Origin: Massalongia carnosa
Lineage: Eukaryota
Direction: 5' to 3'
Length of the DNA: 64,000 nt
Assembly (NCBI GenBank): GCA_965645245.1
Contig: OZ287067.1
Coordinates: 3,162,001 to 3,226,000 of the forward strand
Made by a program: the position numbers and the translations under genes. This document shows positions 60,758 to 64,000 of this stretch, piece by piece; the first letter of the stretch is position 1, and the number at the start of each line of letters is the position of its first letter. Under the pieces are notes generated by a model. It worked only from the letters and a program-made list of their open reading frames with translations, ran no database searches and was not told the origin of the DNA.

Positions 60758-63349
60758 GGGAACGGATAACAGGACACCACTTTGGTTAGATAAACACCAC
60801 CTCCGGTTAGGTAAACACCGCTAGCCCAGGTAGGGTAGATTCCTCGGCCCCACCCGCCTTCTTCCTCTTTTAGGTCTAGCAGTCCACATCCCAACATTGA
60901 CACCTCAAGAAAAAATTCAATTCAGCTTTCAACCATCGATTACTAGACATTGGATTTGTCGATTGGCACTGTCTTCATGAATCGCACCCTTTATTTGAAG
61001 CTTAGTAATGCAAATCAGTTGATTGGAGCCGCATTCGCTGCATCCCCGCCAATTCCATCTGCTGCATCCCCGCCAATCCCGTCTCCCCTTCCTCGACCAG
61101 CTCTGCCTCGACTAGCCCTAGCCCTAGCTCGGCCAGTCCTTGTGTTTGTCTCAGCTCTTTCACCAATCCCCCCTCCCCCTCCTCTCCCTCCCCCTCGTCC
61201 TCGCCCTCGCCCTCGCCCCCGACGTCCTACCCTGCCTGGTGTAGTATTGGCTCGATGAATAGCTCGTTCCACCGGAGCTATTGCATCAGCTGTTTCCATT
61301 TCAACCCGTTCGAATTGAGATGGTAATCGATGAGTGGAATTGTCAAATGCCTCCGCTCGTCTGTTTTCCGCTCCCTGAGGGCGACCACGAGGTCGGGCTA
61401 TCTCCGGTTCCCTCACTAGAAGAAGAGGATTAATCAAAGCAATCGGAGGGGCGCGCTTTTCCAACCTTGAACTGTTGTTAGTAGCTGATCGCTGACCATC
61501 GATCAGATGACAATAACCTACTTCCAATGCGGGTGCACATCTTCCAATTTCAGACTTCCTTCATTCTCGAATAATCGTTGCTGAATCAGATGACTACAAG
61601 GCAAGCCGGTGATGGTAGTGAAGACGTTGGTACAAGCTGGAATAACAGTCGGTCTTCCTGTTAATAACTCGTATTGGTGTAGAATCTTTTTCAGGGCATA
61701 GGGACTGATAAATGCTCTCAGTTGCTGAAAGATAACTTTGCGAAGATGAAGTGGAAAACGTGTTCTGGCTTCTTCAAAAGCAATCAGATGATCATGATAC
61801 TGATTTGTTAGTAGCAGATTAATGCCGTCAACTACCAGCTTCAAATCTCCGGTCGATGATCCTAATTGACGTTTTAATACTGCATGTGCGCCTTTCCCTC
61901 GCGACGTTACCGTTGTCTCAAAATGCAGCACCTTGTTGGTGTAGCATGCCACGAAGCGATCGCGATGATTATCAATGTAGGTGGACTTCAAATATCGAAT
62001 ACAATCTTCATGAGAAGTCATATAGGTAGCAGAAAACTGCTCCCATAGCTTCCAAAATTGAGGCTCGGTTGCTGCATAGATCACTGATTTCCAATCTGAC
62101 AAAAAGATCTTCCATTCCTCATTGTCGAAAGATTTTTTGCACTTTGTCAACACATTCTGATTGATGTGCCAGATGCATAGCAAATGATTGATATTTGGAA
62201 AGACTATGGAAGATGCCAACATTAATCCTTTCTCCATGTCGGACACGAGAATAATCGAATCAGGAAGTTCCAATCGAGAATACACCTCCTTCAATTGCTA
62301 TAAAGCCCAGATGTAGTCCTCTGCTGTCTCCGTGATCAGAAAGCAAAAGGCGACATAAAAGGTAGTATGTAGCGCGGTTTGTCCGCTGATGACGAGAAGA
62401 GGCATTTTGTATCGATTGGTCTTGTACGTGCAATCCATAATGAGAACTTCATGATTATCTATCAGAAGAGTTTGGGAACTGCCCTTGATGAAGAAGAGAT
62501 GCGTAATCTGCTGATGAATGTCTTGTTGAAAGTTGTACACCCAATCCTTTTCGTCAAACTCACGAATCAATGCCTGAATAGGAGTCAATGGTCCCAAGAC
62601 ATCACGTCTCATCTGCGCCTTTAAGTTGTAGATGTCCCGAGGTTTAAACATCGGATTCACAATGATCTCGGCATTGGGATCATGAGGACTGAGATCTGCA
62701 TTCACATCGGGAACACGCAGACTAGACAAAACCTTTGACGCCGACGTTTGTACTGTTAACTGTCTGGTAACGTCATCCTTTACACCGGTCAGAGCGATTT
62801 TTCTCAAGGCAGGATGAGAGCCAGCAAGACTGGACGGATGACTGTGTGTCCCATTTACCACCTCCAAAACCACACCTCGTCGTCCATTTTGGCTGTCAGG
62901 GCAAATGGACAAGCAATTAGTCGACTGCTGGTGTGCCGACGATCCTGACCCTGCGGTTCTCTGACTTTTCCACCTCGGTCGCATTTTAACCAAGCTTTAT
63001 TTCTCACTCCCAGCTTGGTTTTCTTGGTTCGAAGAAGCACCACGGCGTAGCCTTCGGGGGCGGCATGCTCATTGACTCTAAGCAACAGGTCTTCTAGTGA
63101 GGCAAAGGATTGACTATCTTCGGGAGGTCGAAGCGGCATGACGACGTGGCGGCGGCAGGGTGCCTGCAGATCAAATGTGAAATATGAGTGCAAGGATGAG
63201 GTGCAGGTAGAATGTGGGAGTTGCAACCGCTAGACCTAAAAGTGGAAGAGGCGGGCGGGCCGAGGAATCTACCCTACCTGGGCTAGCGGTGTTTACCTAA
63301 CCGGAGGTGGTGTTTATCTAACCAAAGTGGTGTCCTGTTATCCGTTCCC
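60758..63349 (-). mobile_element. Mutator-like (MULE) DNA transposon, 2592 bp, defective
   Basis: ~120-bp TIRs starting GGGAACGGATAACAGGACACC (60758-60880, 63229-63349). Flanks TTAATAAA / TAAATAAA (8-bp TSD with one mismatch). Confidence 0.93.
61015..63139 (-). pseudogene. MULE transposase (FAR1-like DNA-binding + MULE DDE + SWIM-like Cys/His), disrupted
   Basis: GYAVV..RTK, CDRGG, CPF, MDCTYKTNRYKMPL, VSDMEKGL, LCIWHI, ETTVTSR and GLPCSH. Frameshift near 62870, TAG at 62298-62300, and a 50-nt intron at 61472-61521. Confidence 0.9.
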
Positions 63350-63752
63350 TAAATAAAATATTAATCGATTAAGCGATTCGAAAAAAAATTAAACTTAATC
63401 CGGTTCAGTTAAAACAACGATAAAGACTTCGGTAAGTCGCGGCTCCATCGTGTCAGCTGAACATATACATAATTTCTATCTATGTTTGGGCAACTCTCCC
63501 CTCGCTGCTGCCCTGCTGGCGCTCAGTTTTGCTGAGGGCCCCTCCTATAATGGCTTTGTTTTGGCAGCAGTGAGGGGAAAAACTCCATCTACCTATGCGG
63601 CTGATTCAGGGAGTGGGTGGGTGGGCAAAAGACCTTTTGGTGCTGAACTCCGAATCAATGGTGATGATGAGGAGAAGAGTGCCAAAAGGACACCTATTTA
63701 TGCCCTTTCTCTCCCTTGCTTGTCCAACTATTTTGGACATCATCCTCCTTTG

Positions 63753-63860
63753 TCCTTCGGCCTTCGTTGGCTGTTCGCGGCCTGCCTCCACTCGGTCCTT
63801 CGGCTATCCACGGCCTTCAGCCTTCGTCGGCTGTTTCGCGGCCTGCCTCCACTCGGTCCT
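63753..63860. repeat. Short direct duplication (~46 bp, two copies ~60 bp apart)
   Basis: CCTTCGGCCTTCGTTGGCTGTTCGCGGCCTGCCTCCACTCGGTCCT recurs as CCTTCAGCCTTCGTCGGCTGTTTCGCGGCCTGCCTCCACTCGGTCCT. Confidence 0.75.
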
Positions 63861-64000
63861 GGCATTACCTTTCGCCTTAGCCGAACTACTTTTGTCAATA
63901 GTGTCATGACAGAAACTTGAATAAAAATTGAATCAACAGTTGAATTGAGACTAGATTCACTCGCGAGTCTTATACTCGCTCACGTTTAATTTCCTGATTC

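Noticed and set aside
1..64000. tRNA, rRNA, Starship captain (DUF3435) or secondary-metabolite backbone genes
   Set aside because: None recognisable by eye. The GGGCTCATAACC matches are retrotransposon PBSs, not tRNA genes. tRNAscan/HMM searches were not run.

Overview
Eukaryotic (filamentous ascomycete, Pezizomycotina-type) genomic DNA. The short GT-AG introns with CTAAC-like branch sites and the fungal gene families support this. Positions 1-47.3 kb hold conserved genes: an LCCL-domain membrane protein, gamma-tubulin complex GCP5, a KRE2/KTR mannosyltransferase, NmrA, an L-asparaginase with ankyrin repeats, an F-box-like protein, a fatty-acid elongase, COX6/Va and a BCS1-type AAA ATPase. 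Several decayed pseudogenes and one defective pogo/Fot1 transposon lie among them. Positions 48-64 kb are a transposon cluster. It contains a full-length but crippled Ty1/Copia element (272-bp LTRs, AATCG TSD, half-tRNA-iMet PBS, 11 x 50-bp array in its leader), an apparently intact pogo/Fot1 element with a 13-bp GAAA hairpin in each TIR, and a Mutator element with an intron. It also contains a Tc1/IS630-like element that has CAC...GTG ends and an apparent 5-bp CCTCC duplication instead of TA. The most notable observations are this non-TA Tc1-like element, the Copia leader array, the TIR hairpin and old sequence lacking CC/GG dinucleotides. Family assignments come from recalled motifs; no database searches were run.
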